The notes below the pieces were generated by a model. The model did not search any database. It was not told where the DNA came from and worked only from the letters and a program-made list of their open reading frames with translations. A program made the translations under genes and the position numbers. A stretch of DNA of 64,000 nt from Fidelibacterota bacterium MT.SAG.2 (GTDB lineage Bacteria > Fidelibacterota > SORT01). The stretch is from the NCBI GenBank assembly GCA_004402915.1, contig SORU01000001.1, positions 24,908-88,907 of the forward strand, in the 5' to 3' direction. Below are positions 48,836 to 58,914 of the stretch, piece by piece; positions within the stretch are counted from its first letter, which is position 1; each line of letters starts with the position of its first letter.

Positions 48836-51157
48836 ATGCGGATAACTCTTATTGCCTCAGTTCTCCTGCTGAATGCAGGAATTTCCTTATCGCAAGTCCG
48901 TCCGATTTCCGACCTGCACCAAAATAATTCTTCCGGCGTTCCGACCCTCTTGAACAACGTTGTTCAAGTGGAGGGAATAGTAACGGTCTCCGACCAATTT
49001 ACCGACCTTTCGTTCGTACAGGACAGCAGCGGCGGAGTTGGAGTTTTTGATTCAGCATTTGTGAACAGCGTACAAATCGGAGATACACTTATTATTACAG
49101 GTCAGGTGGCACAATTCAACGGTTTAACGCGACTCATTAATGTCACGATAGATAGTGTTGTTGGTGTCGGTGGAGCTCCTGAGTATTTGGTTATTAGGGC
49201 AGCAGACATTGAAGGCGAAGGGAACGGTGGTGTAGAAAATTTAGAGGGTAGACTTATCAGGTTGAACGGCGCGTCATTGAGTGATCCGGATCGTAATTGG
49301 CCTCCGGGCGGCAGAGAAACAGCAAGTGACGGCACCGGTTCTTTCACTATATATAGTAAAAGGAATACGGAAATTCCTTTTACCCCCAAACCAAGGGGAA
49401 GTTTTGATATTATAGGAGTAATCAGCCAACTCGACATAAATTCTCCATTCACTTCAGGCTATGAGGTAATTCCGAGGTTCTTGAGTGATATTATTGAAAG
49501 AGATGCTCCCGTATTCATATCACCATTGACGATAGTAAGTTTTGGCAGTACATGGGTTGATGTCAGATGGGCTACGGAAGATTCCTCTTTCGGGAGCGTT
49601 TCGTTTGAAAGTGAGAGCGGTAACTCCGTCGGTGTGCAGGAAACCGAGCTGACGGACGACGGCGAGCACGATTTTAGGGTCGACAGTCTGACAGCTTCAA
49701 CATTCTATCATATTCGCGCGAATGCATGGCTCAGAGCTGATACTACGCGTTCTGCGGAAGTTTTCTTTTTAACAAGCAGCCCCCCGGAATCTTCAGGTGA
49801 GATAAAAGTATTTTTTAATAAGAAGGTGGATACCACTTATGCGATTCCCGGAAACAAGGCGATAGGGAATGCAAGTTACAGGTTCATTATACTCAATAGA
49901 ATAAACAGTGCCGAATATACGATAGATTTAGCTCTTTACAGCTTATCACTTGATATAATTTCCGATGCATTAATAGCAGCCAAGGATAGAGGAGTGGTGA
50001 TACGATTTGTTTATGAAGACAGAACCACCCAAAGTGCAGTTCAATCGCTGATAGATGAGGGTATTCAGGTGATAAAAGATAATTTCGGAACGAACGACGG
50101 GAATGGGTTAATGCACAATAAGTTCATTATCTTTGACGGCAGGAGCGATTCTTCCGCTTCAAACGATTGGGTACTGACCGGTTCTGCCAATTGGACGGCA
50201 AGAGGTATTGATGTAAATATGCAAAATCTCATTCTTATTCAAGACCAAGCCTTGGCACGAGTCTATACACGGGAGTTCAACGAGATGTGGGGAAGCGCAT
50301 CGGACGTTGCCAATGCAGACAGCTCCAAATTCAGCTCACACAAGAGCAATAATATCCCTCATCTGTTGAATATCGGCGGCAGACGAGTTGAAGTATACAT
50401 GAGTCCAACTGATGGTGTCACGAGTCAGATAAGAAATAAGATCGCCGCTGCAAGAGAGTCATTATATTTTTGTATCCTGGCGTATACGAGGGATGACATT
50501 GCGGGCACGATGAGGGGGAGAATCGATAATCTGCCCGGTTTTCATCTAAGGGGCATTTTTGACCATTCGATGGATCCCAATGTAAGTGTTTATCCTGATA
50601 TGGTAAACTGGGGAGTAGATGTTCATCTCGATGATGAATCCGGTACTCTGCATCATAAATATATGGTTATCGATGGATTTGGTACAGCCGGAAATCCGGT
50701 GGTCATCACAGGCTCACATAATTGGTCAACGGCTGCTGAGACAAGGAACAACGAAAATACAATTATAATATACGATAGTCTTATAGCTAATTTATATGTT
50801 CAGGAGTTCGCAGAACGTTACAGACAGGCAAGCGGCGACAGTCTCCCGATACCGGTTATGGTGTCTGTCACCGATGAAGATAATTCTCTCCCGACAGAGT
50901 TCACCCTTTCGCAGAACTATCCGAATCCATTTAATCCGGTTACCACCGTTATCTATTCACTTTCTATCTCGGGATTTGTGAACCTTTCGATCTATAATAT
51001 TAGAGGTGAGTTAGTCTCGACAGTAGTTAATGAGTTTCAGAAACCCGGAGAATATAGAACCAAATGGAATGCAGACAACGTCGCTTCAGGAATCTATTTT
51101 TACCGGTTGCAAATCGGCAGCGCTTCAGTCAGCAAGAAGATGCTGTTATTGAAGTAG
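48836..51157 (+). CDS. T9SS-secreted phospholipase-D-superfamily (Nuc-like) enzyme with OB-fold and Fn3 domains
   Basis: Two HKD motifs (HNKFIIFD..TGSANW, HHKYMVID..TGSHNWS); CTD QNYPNPFNP...KKMLLLK. Confidence 0.85.
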   Translation: MRITLIASVLLLNAGISLSQVRPISDLHQNNSSGVPTLLNNVVQVEGIVTVSDQFTDLSFVQDSSGGVGVFDSAFVNSVQIGDTLIITGQVAQFNGLTRLINVTIDSVVGVGGAPEYLVIRAADIEGEGNGGVENLEGRLIRLNGASLSDPDRNWPPGGRETASDGTGSFTIYSKRNTEIPFTPKPRGSFDIIGVISQLDINSPFTSGYEVIPRFLSDIIERDAPVFISPLTIVSFGSTWVDVRWATEDSSFGSVSFESESGNSVGVQETELTDDGEHDFRVDSLTASTFYHIRANAWLRADTTRSAEVFFLTSSPPESSGEIKVFFNKKVDTTYAIPGNKAIGNASYRFIILNRINSAEYTIDLALYSLSLDIISDALIAAKDRGVVIRFVYEDRTTQSAVQSLIDEGIQVIKDNFGTNDGNGLMHNKFIIFDGRSDSSASNDWVLTGSANWTARGIDVNMQNLILIQDQALARVYTREFNEMWGSASDVANADSSKFSSHKSNNIPHLLNIGGRRVEVYMSPTDGVTSQIRNKIAAARESLYFCILAYTRDDIAGTMRGRIDNLPGFHLRGIFDHSMDPNVSVYPDMVNWGVDVHLDDESGTLHHKYMVIDGFGTAGNPVVITGSHNWSTAAETRNNENTIIIYDSLIANLYVQEFAERYRQASGDSLPIPVMVSVTDEDNSLPTEFTLSQNYPNPFNPVTTVIYSLSISGFVNLSIYNIRGELVSTVVNEFQKPGEYRTKWNADNVASGIYFYRLQIGSASVSKKMLLLK

Positions 51158-51313
51158 TTAACCGCTTTTGTTTGGTAAATTTCTCTTAGTAAATAATTTC
51201 ATATATTCGGGACCCTAAATACCGAGTAGGCGTATAATGAGAGTCTCTTTTTCTTGTTTTTCTAAGAGATGCTTGTTTATATTAACTTTAATTCATCTTA
51301 GGAGCACAATTTT

Positions 51314-52069
51314 ATGTATGGAAAGATGAGAGTCTTACTAACGTTATTGGCTTTACCCGCAGCACTATATGCTCAGGATATAGCAATTTCTGAGCAAAGG
51401 ACGCTTATAAACAGACCGACCGCAGGGTCTCTCGAAAGAGGAAGCTACGACATCGAGTTACGTATGTACCCCGGCGGCGGGCTGCTTGGCGGAATAGCCG
51501 TTGGATTAACCGAAAGAATTACTTTCGGTACCTCATTCGGTGGTTTGAACATAATTGGCGAGGGACCAGTTATTTGGAATCCGAGACCTGAAGCGAATAT
51601 TAAATACCGATTGATGGAAGAATCATATTCGGCGCCGGCGCTGTCGATCGGTTTCAACGGACAGGGGTTTGGTTCATGGTCTGATAGTTTGAGCCGTTAT
51701 CAGATAAAATCACCGGGCGTATACGCCGCGTTGAGTAAAAATTACAGTATGATCGGAAATCTCGGCTTTCACGCCGGCGTTAATCTAAGTTTGGAAAATG
51801 CTGACGGTGACGAAGATATTAATTTATGGATAGGTTTTGATAAAAGTATCAATGAAGAAATATCGTTCCTCGGCGAGTATGATTTTGCTCTAAACGATAA
51901 CAGTTCCAAGAGCCTCGGCTCGGGAGACGGATATTTGAATGCAGCATTGCGTTGGGCATTCGTTGAAGAATTAATAATTGAATTAAATGTCAATAATCTG
52001 CTGGGCAACCGAGAAGATTCAGATGCATCGAGCAGAGAGTTGAAAATCATTTATGTAGAGTTTTTTTAA
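51314..52069 (+). CDS. YjbH-like outer-membrane protein
   Basis: LINRPTAGSL N-terminal motif, alternating beta strands, terminal F. Confidence 0.65.
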   Translation: MYGKMRVLLTLLALPAALYAQDIAISEQRTLINRPTAGSLERGSYDIELRMYPGGGLLGGIAVGLTERITFGTSFGGLNIIGEGPVIWNPRPEANIKYRLMEESYSAPALSIGFNGQGFGSWSDSLSRYQIKSPGVYAALSKNYSMIGNLGFHAGVNLSLENADGDEDINLWIGFDKSINEEISFLGEYDFALNDNSSKSLGSGDGYLNAALRWAFVEELIIELNVNNLLGNREDSDASSRELKIIYVEFF

Positions 52070-52088
52070 ACAACAGGAGTAAAAAATC

Positions 52089-52919
52089 ATGCTGGGACAA
52101 TTTAAAATTGTGGTGATCATAGGATTGTTAATCATGCCTATGGCAGCAATTGCTCAGGAGATGGGGGAGAGCGATTCTTCGATTATGGAGAGCGATACTT
52201 CCATGCACGATATGGCGATGGAAATGAGCGCGGCTTTAATGTATGAGACAGAGGGAGATTCATTGCATTCAGCATTTGACACAGATGGTGCATTAGAGGC
52301 GTATTTAAAGGCGAACAAAGAGGAGCCGGAAAATACGACTTACATCTGGAAAATAGTGCGTGAGTACGCCGACAAAGGAATATTTGCCGACGATGACGAC
52401 GAGATGGAAGCTGCATATATTGAAGGCGAAATATGGGCAAGAAAGTGTGTGGCTATGGCTCCGGAAGACGGCAATTGTCATCTATACCTCTCTATAGCGG
52501 TGGGCAGGATAGCAGAATCCAAAAGTGGAAAAACCAAAGTAAAACTTTCAAGAGAAGTTAATGAAGAAGCCGCCAAATCAATTGAACTCAACCCTAATCT
52601 TGATGGCGCGTATCATGTGCTCGGGCGTTGGAATAGAGAAGTTGTTGCGCTTCCATGGTACCTGAAAGCCGCTGTAAGCATGTTTTTAGGAGGACTGCCA
52701 TCTGCTACGAATGACGAAGCCGTGAAGAATTTTAATATGGCGATCGATCTTCGACCGGATCGGATGCTTCATTATTTTGAGCTAGGCGTTACCTATAAAT
52801 ACATGGGCGAAAAAGAGAAAGCCAAAATTAAATTTGAAAAAACGCTTTCAATGGACTTAGTAGAACGCAAAGATGAAAGCAGGCAGGAAGAAGCGAGGAA
52901 ATATTTATCTAAGCTCTGA
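52089..52919 (+). CDS. Secreted TPR protein, RMDN/RMD1-like
   Basis: TPR helices; AYHVLGRW..EV..LPW and GGLPSAT motifs. Confidence 0.7.
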   Translation: MLGQFKIVVIIGLLIMPMAAIAQEMGESDSSIMESDTSMHDMAMEMSAALMYETEGDSLHSAFDTDGALEAYLKANKEEPENTTYIWKIVREYADKGIFADDDDEMEAAYIEGEIWARKCVAMAPEDGNCHLYLSIAVGRIAESKSGKTKVKLSREVNEEAAKSIELNPNLDGAYHVLGRWNREVVALPWYLKAAVSMFLGGLPSATNDEAVKNFNMAIDLRPDRMLHYFELGVTYKYMGEKEKAKIKFEKTLSMDLVERKDESRQEEARKYLSKL

Positions 52920-52998
52920 TCAACTTGCTGTAATAATAGTTAGTTGAAATAAATATAGATAGATCCCGAGTAATAATTTATTAGGGAGTTAGAATCGC

Positions 52999-54585
52999 AT
53001 GAATATATGCAAGTATCTTTGCATCAGTATTGTAATAATGATGTGGACAGGGAATATAGTAGCTCAAAGAATTAGAATTGTTGAATTGACCCCTTTTGAT
53101 TCAAACAGATCATCTGCTACAATAATTTACTTACCGAGTAATTCTGAAAGTTATAACTCATTGAGATTGTCTTCGATGGGAAGCGGATTAAACGGCATAG
53201 TCAGCGATGGAATTTCTGATTATTTCAGAAATCCTGCATATCTGAATATGGTTGAGCAAAGAGCTTATTACCTTGATTTCGATAATAAAGGTTCTTCAAA
53301 TGATTTGCGAATCAGTTTTTTCTCGCCTTTGTTAAACGGGCAATTGGGTTTATCATTTAGTGGAAATACATCTGAAAACATTACGACGAACAATAGGACA
53401 GATCCTGAGTTAGACTTATTTCAAGAAACTGTAACTACTATTTCCAGCAATCGCAAAGCATCAAATAGCAGTTACAATATTCATCTGTGGTGGGCAAATA
53501 ATCTATCCGAAAACCTTCAGTACGGGTTTAATTATATAAAAAAAAGCTCTGATATCAACTCAAGCCGAGTTAACGCATCCTCAAGAATAACTACGAGGAC
53601 AAATATTTTTAATGAGTCAACTACTGTAAGCAGCAGAGTTGACAGCAGATTGACTGATAACGATAGAGAAGTGAATGTAAACACAATCAGAGTTGGTCTA
53701 ATATTCGGATCATTACCCGGTATTGTCGTTGATATGGTTTTAAAAGCTGAATTTAATGATATCAACTCTGACGCGGTTTCTAACAGAATCACCAATAATA
53801 GTTATTCATATATACGACCGAATTATTCCAGCACGACGGAAATAACCAACATCACCTTAGGCGTAATTGACAGTAAAGGCAATAATTCTGTATACGGAAT
53901 GAAAATTAATGTCAAGAAAGAGATAAACGAGAGTGTCATTCAAAGCTATTTTCTTTCGTTTGATAGGGTCAATTTTGATTTTTCAGAAAATGAGAATGAA
54001 ACAGATTCTTTGACTACTTATCAAAAAAGAGATTCGATATTCTCAAATACAAATAATTTCTTTTTATCTGAACTGAATTCTAACTATAATATTACGACAG
54101 CATATGTATTAGGATTAGGCTTTGGAAGAGAGATCAGACTCGAGAAAGCTCTTGTCGGCATCGGCGCAATTGCAAAAATATTTAAGGCAAATTGGGATGA
54201 TGAATTAAGTGGTTCGTCCACGGGATTAATTGATATATCGAATAATGACACCACATATCAACAAAGTTCGTCTGCCGAATTGGCATCGGTGAATAAAAGT
54301 GACCTCAGTACAGTTTTAATCAGTTTCCCTTTAGGAGGAGAAGTCAATGTATCGAATAAAGTCAGTCTCAGATTGGGAGTAGAATTCAACGTTATTTTTT
54401 CTAAGAACAAAATAACTTCCTCATCAGGCAGTCTATTATCAAATTCAGAAAATAGATCACTCCGGAACATTAAAAGTTTCGGAATCGGATACAAACACTC
54501 TGAGAAGTTTAGTGCTGACTTTATGGCAATAGGTGATTTAGCACAAATTTCCACATGGAGGGTTTCTATTCGATACGGCTTATAG
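52999..54585 (+). CDS. Hypothetical outer-membrane barrel (divergent FadL/PorV-like), Ser/Asn/Thr-rich
   Basis: Signal peptide; LRLSSMG...VSD...YFRNPAYL; FGIGY; AT-rich. Confidence 0.6.
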   Translation: MNICKYLCISIVIMMWTGNIVAQRIRIVELTPFDSNRSSATIIYLPSNSESYNSLRLSSMGSGLNGIVSDGISDYFRNPAYLNMVEQRAYYLDFDNKGSSNDLRISFFSPLLNGQLGLSFSGNTSENITTNNRTDPELDLFQETVTTISSNRKASNSSYNIHLWWANNLSENLQYGFNYIKKSSDINSSRVNASSRITTRTNIFNESTTVSSRVDSRLTDNDREVNVNTIRVGLIFGSLPGIVVDMVLKAEFNDINSDAVSNRITNNSYSYIRPNYSSTTEITNITLGVIDSKGNNSVYGMKINVKKEINESVIQSYFLSFDRVNFDFSENENETDSLTTYQKRDSIFSNTNNFFLSELNSNYNITTAYVLGLGFGREIRLEKALVGIGAIAKIFKANWDDELSGSSTGLIDISNNDTTYQQSSSAELASVNKSDLSTVLISFPLGGEVNVSNKVSLRLGVEFNVIFSKNKITSSSGSLLSNSENRSLRNIKSFGIGYKHSEKFSADFMAIGDLAQISTWRVSIRYGL

Positions 54586-54692
54586 TATCATCATGGAGTA
54601 ATGCATCCTAATATATCTATCTGTTTTACCGCGATTCTGATAATTAAAAATTCCCTCTAAATCAGTGATAAATAGGGAAAATTCGTTAAATA

Positions 54693-55944
54693 CGGAAATG
54701 CACAGGTAGATGTTGACCCCCCTAAGGTATTTAGATTGATGTGTATGGGACCGGGTCGTATTAAGGAGTTAAGAGGGATAATTAAGAGAATAAGGAGTTT
54801 GAAATAAAAGGGAAAAGGGCGTAACCTCAAGTAGCAAAATGTATTCAAAATAGAGGAAACGCCCTTGAGATATAGTAATATGATATATGCATATAATCAA
54901 GAGTTTGTTCTGCGATGGGAGTTGATCAGTTATGCTTCTGATCATGGGATAAAAGCAGCCAGCCGAGCTTTCGATTGTTCCCGCAATACGGTAAGGAAAT
55001 GGTTGCGTCGTTACGATGAAGAGGGAAAGAGCGGTCTATTTGATCGTTCCCGCGCGCCGAAGCGGATACCGCACAAGACATCGCCTGAAGTAGAGTCTCT
55101 GGTAGTGAAATTCAGGAAACGTGTTCCCTGTTACGGAGCAAGGCGTTTGAAAGAGGAGTTTGGCATTCCCTGTTCGACAGGAGCAATATCACGCATACTA
55201 AGGGATAAAGGATTGAGCAGAAGAAAGAAGAAGAAGTATCAGAAGAAGAACGATCTGCGAGCAGTGAAGGCAAGATACAAGCCTTTTGAGCGAATGCAGA
55301 TGGACGTTAAGTATCTGACTGATATACCGTATTACTGGTCATTTATGACAAAGTACAAGTTACCCAAGTATCAGTTTACGGTGAGGGATGTAAAGACAGG
55401 CGCTATCTTTCTCGCCTACGGTGATGAGAAGACGGTTACTTACAGCGTGAGGGTTGCCCATAGACTTCTCAATCACCTTGCCGAAAATGGTGTGGATATA
55501 CGTAAGACAACAATACAGACGGGCAACGGGAGTGAATTTTCCGGGACAAGTAAGCCTGGCAAAAAGAAGGGATTTGTTCACGAAGTGGAGAACATACTCA
55601 AATCGAATCATGAGTTTATACCTCCGGCGTGTCCCAACGCCAATGCTGACGTTGAGTCCTCCCATGCGTTAATAGAGCATGAGTTTTTTGATATAGAATC
55701 TTTTAACGGCAGAGATGACTTCCTGAACCGTGTTACTACTTATCAACACTGGTTTAATCTCTTAAGGAAGAACAGTTACAAGGGAAAGAAGACTCCGTTG
55801 GACATACTTTTAGAGTGGAAAGGAACCAGCATCAAGGAAGAAGTGTTTATGTTGCCACCGATAATACTTAGTGATATATTAAAACAGCCTAAATATACCC
55901 GCGTAAAAAAGAGGCAGGGGGGTCAACATGTACCTGAGCTTGCC
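54693..55944 (+). mobile_element. IS481-like insertion sequence
   Basis: 21 bp inverted repeats, 20/21 identical (54703-54723, 55916-55936); flanking 15 bp direct repeat AAAATTCGTTAAATA (54678-54692, 55945-55959). Confidence 0.85.
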
Positions 55945-55956
55945 AAAATTCGTTAA
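54865..55956 (+). CDS. IS481-like DDE transposase, second catalytic Asp replaced by Gly
   Basis: HTH SRNTVRKWLRRY...DRSRAP; QMDVK, QTGNGSEF, NADVESSH. Confidence 0.85.
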   Translation: MRYSNMIYAYNQEFVLRWELISYASDHGIKAASRAFDCSRNTVRKWLRRYDEEGKSGLFDRSRAPKRIPHKTSPEVESLVVKFRKRVPCYGARRLKEEFGIPCSTGAISRILRDKGLSRRKKKKYQKKNDLRAVKARYKPFERMQMDVKYLTDIPYYWSFMTKYKLPKYQFTVRDVKTGAIFLAYGDEKTVTYSVRVAHRLLNHLAENGVDIRKTTIQTGNGSEFSGTSKPGKKKGFVHEVENILKSNHEFIPPACPNANADVESSHALIEHEFFDIESFNGRDDFLNRVTTYQHWFNLLRKNSYKGKKTPLDILLEWKGTSIKEEVFMLPPIILSDILKQPKYTRVKKRQGGQHVPELAKIR

Positions 55957-55963
55957 ATAACAC

Positions 55964-55992
55964 TTGAAATCGCCTCATATTTTTCGTATATT
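55964..55992 (+). promoter_or_regulatory. Sigma70-type promoter of uvrA
   Basis: TTGAAA-N17-TATATT. Confidence 0.55.
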
Positions 55993-56018
55993 CTTTGCTC
56001 GGTAAATAACGGAGAACG

Positions 56019-58853
56019 GTGGCAGCTAAGAAGATAATTGTACGCGGAGCGAAGGAACATAACCTTCAAAACATAAATATTGATATACCCAGGGAGAAGT
56101 TGGTTGTAATCACGGGGCTTTCCGGTTCAGGTAAATCCTCACTCGCTTTCGACACGATATACGCAGAAGGACAACGGCGGTACGTCGAATCTCTATCGTC
56201 ATATGCGCGTCAATTTCTCGGGCTTATGGAGAAACCGGATGTGGAGTACATCGAGGGTCTATCACCTGCTATTTCGATAGAACAAAAAGGCACATCCAAG
56301 AATCCACGTTCCACAGTCGGGACAGTAACTGAAATCTATGACTATCTCCGGTTGCTTTTTGCTCGCATCGGAATTCCCTATTGCTATAATTGCGGAAAAC
56401 GAGTGGAGAAACAAACGGTTCAGCAAATTGTGGATGCAATCCTTCATCTTCCGGACGGGAAACGGATACATATTCTCTCTCCAATTGTCAGGGGTCGAAA
56501 AGGAGAGTATCGGGAGTCATTGAAAGAGATTCAGAAAAAAGGATTTGTACGCGTTCGTATTGATGGAAATGTCGCCGATTTGGATAAGCTCCCGAAACTT
56601 GAGAAAAATAAAAAACATAATATAGAGATTGTCGTGGACAGGCTCGTAGTAAAGCCTGAGATAAAGGATCGACTGACAGATTCGGTCGAGACGGCGCTGC
56701 ACCTAAGCAACGGATTGATTTATATCGATGTTGTCGGAGGTGAAATGCAGACATTCAGTGAGCAATTTGCCTGCGTCGATTGCGAAATATCCTATGAGGA
56801 GCTTACTCCGAGGATGTTTTCGTTCAATAGTCCGTATGGAGCGTGCCATCATTGTCATGGTCTTGGAACACAGATGGATATCGATCCTGAAATGGTCATA
56901 CCTGATATGTCAAAATCTCTCGCACAGGGCGCTATGGAGCCGATAGGCGGTCAACCGCGCGGTAATTGGTTCTCATCCATACTGAAGAGTGTTGCCGCTG
57001 AATATGATTTTGATTTTGTTACTCCGTGGCGGGAGCTTTCCGAAGAGGCGCAGGAAATTTTACTATACGGCTCGGGGGATAGAGAGATAAACGTTAAATA
57101 CGTTCACAGTAACGGAAAAGCCAAGGGAGAGTATCAGACAAAATTTGAGGGAGTTATACCTAATCTCAAGAGAAGGTATAATCAAACCGGCTCTGCCGGT
57201 ATCAGGCAGTGGATCGAAAAATTCATGTCCATTAATGCATGCCCGGTATGCCTTGGAAGTAAGCTGAAAAAAGAGAGCCTTGCAGTCAGGATAGGGGATT
57301 TGAACATACAGGACGTTACTTCTAAGTCGATAAAAGACTCATACGATTTTATTCGTTCATTGAAGCTGGGTAAGACCGATACAGAGATAGCAAACCAGAT
57401 AATCGGAGAGGTAAAGGGGCGGTTGAAGTTTCTTATTAATGTCGGGCTAGACTATCTCTCTCTCAACAGACGCTCAAGCACTCTGTCCGGCGGGGAATCG
57501 CAGCGAATTCGGCTGGCTACTCAGATCGGTTCACAACTTATGGGCGTTTTATATATACTTGACGAGCCTTCGATCGGTCTTCATCAGCGGGATAATCTGC
57601 GACTTATCAATGCCTTGAAGAAACTCAGAGATATGGGGAATACGGTATTAGTGGTCGAACACGACCGGGAGATCATTGAAGCGGCTGATTGGGTGATAGA
57701 TATGGGACCCGGGGCAGGTAAGAACGGTGGATTTGTGGTGGCGAAGGGAACACCCGCGTCTCTAAAGCGATCTGCCAAGTCTATTACAGGAAAATATCTT
57801 TCGGGTAAAAAGAAGATAGTCATACCTAAAAAGAGACGTAAACACAACGGAAGAGTTCTTCATTTGAAGGGCGCAAGCGGGCATAATTTAAAAAAAATAG
57901 ATATCATGATTCCGTTAGGGACCTTCACGGCGGTAACAGGGGTATCGGGTTCAGGCAAGAGCACATTGATAAATGAAACACTCTATCCGGCACTGATGAG
58001 GGAGATCTATTCGACAAAAGCTCATCCTCTCTCTCACACCACGATTGAAGGGATGAAGTATGTAGATAAAGTGGTGGATATTGATCAGTCTCCCATAGGA
58101 AGAACGCCCCGCTCGAATCCTGCTACTTACACGGGCACATTTACGTATATCAGAGAACTGTTCAGCAACCTTCCCGAATCTAAAATTGCGGGATATAAAC
58201 CGGGTCGCTTCAGCTTCAATGTAAAAGGAGGAAGGTGCGAGTCCTGTGAAGGTGACGGGGTAATAAAGATAGAAATGCATTTCTTATCCGATGTATACGT
58301 TCAATGCGAAGTGTGTGAGGGAAAACGCTACAACAGGGAAACGCTCGAAATTCGCTATAAAGGAATGAATATATCGGATATACTTGAAATGACGGTGAGC
58401 GACGCGCTTCAATTCTTTGATAAAATACCTCGAATTAAAAAGAGGCTTCAAACATTATATGACGTAGGACTAAGTTATATCCATCTCGGTCAGCAAGCTA
58501 CGACCCTTTCCGGCGGAGAAGCTCAAAGAGTTAAGCTTGCCACAGAATTAAGTAAATTAGACACCGGTAATACGATATATATTCTTGATGAACCGACTAC
58601 GGGATTGCACTTTGAAGATATTAAAATGCTTCTCAAAGTATTGAACCGACTTGTAGATCTTGGGAACACGGTTCTAATCATAGAACACAATCTTGACGTC
58701 ATCAAAGTTGCGGACTATCTGATCGATTTAGGACCTGAAGGGGGAGATGCCGGCGGAATGGTGGTAGCCTCCGGAACGCCTGAAGAGGTTGCCAAGGTGA
58801 AAGGCTCTTACACGGGACAATTTTTGAAGGAAGTGTTGAATGGACGGACGTAA
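56019..58853 (+). CDS. uvrA: Excinuclease ABC subunit A
   Basis: Two ABC domains ([21 protein letters not shown]) and Zn fingers. Confidence 0.98.
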   Translation: MAAKKIIVRGAKEHNLQNINIDIPREKLVVITGLSGSGKSSLAFDTIYAEGQRRYVESLSSYARQFLGLMEKPDVEYIEGLSPAISIEQKGTSKNPRSTVGTVTEIYDYLRLLFARIGIPYCYNCGKRVEKQTVQQIVDAILHLPDGKRIHILSPIVRGRKGEYRESLKEIQKKGFVRVRIDGNVADLDKLPKLEKNKKHNIEIVVDRLVVKPEIKDRLTDSVETALHLSNGLIYIDVVGGEMQTFSEQFACVDCEISYEELTPRMFSFNSPYGACHHCHGLGTQMDIDPEMVIPDMSKSLAQGAMEPIGGQPRGNWFSSILKSVAAEYDFDFVTPWRELSEEAQEILLYGSGDREINVKYVHSNGKAKGEYQTKFEGVIPNLKRRYNQTGSAGIRQWIEKFMSINACPVCLGSKLKKESLAVRIGDLNIQDVTSKSIKDSYDFIRSLKLGKTDTEIANQIIGEVKGRLKFLINVGLDYLSLNRRSSTLSGGESQRIRLATQIGSQLMGVLYILDEPSIGLHQRDNLRLINALKKLRDMGNTVLVVEHDREIIEAADWVIDMGPGAGKNGGFVVAKGTPASLKRSAKSITGKYLSGKKKIVIPKKRRKHNGRVLHLKGASGHNLKKIDIMIPLGTFTAVTGVSGSGKSTLINETLYPALMREIYSTKAHPLSHTTIEGMKYVDKVVDIDQSPIGRTPRSNPATYTGTFTYIRELFSNLPESKIAGYKPGRFSFNVKGGRCESCEGDGVIKIEMHFLSDVYVQCEVCEGKRYNRETLEIRYKGMNISDILEMTVSDALQFFDKIPRIKKRLQTLYDVGLSYIHLGQQATTLSGGEAQRVKLATELSKLDTGNTIYILDEPTTGLHFEDIKMLLKVLNRLVDLGNTVLIIEHNLDVIKVADYLIDLGPEGGDAGGMVVASGTPEEVAKVKGSYTGQFLKEVLNGRT

Positions 58854-58914
58854 AAATCACTTGGAAATGAGGCTATTATTTCTTATATACAATAACTTAT
58901 AGCAATTATTATTT

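Noticed and set aside
51200..51260. CGTATAAT resembling the start of a purine riboswitch
   Set aside because: The downstream ATATGG and TTTCTACC core elements are absent
55960..56018. LexA box upstream of uvrA
   Set aside because: No recognisable CTGT-N8-ACAG or GAAC-N4-GTTC motif; the lineage-specific box is unknown
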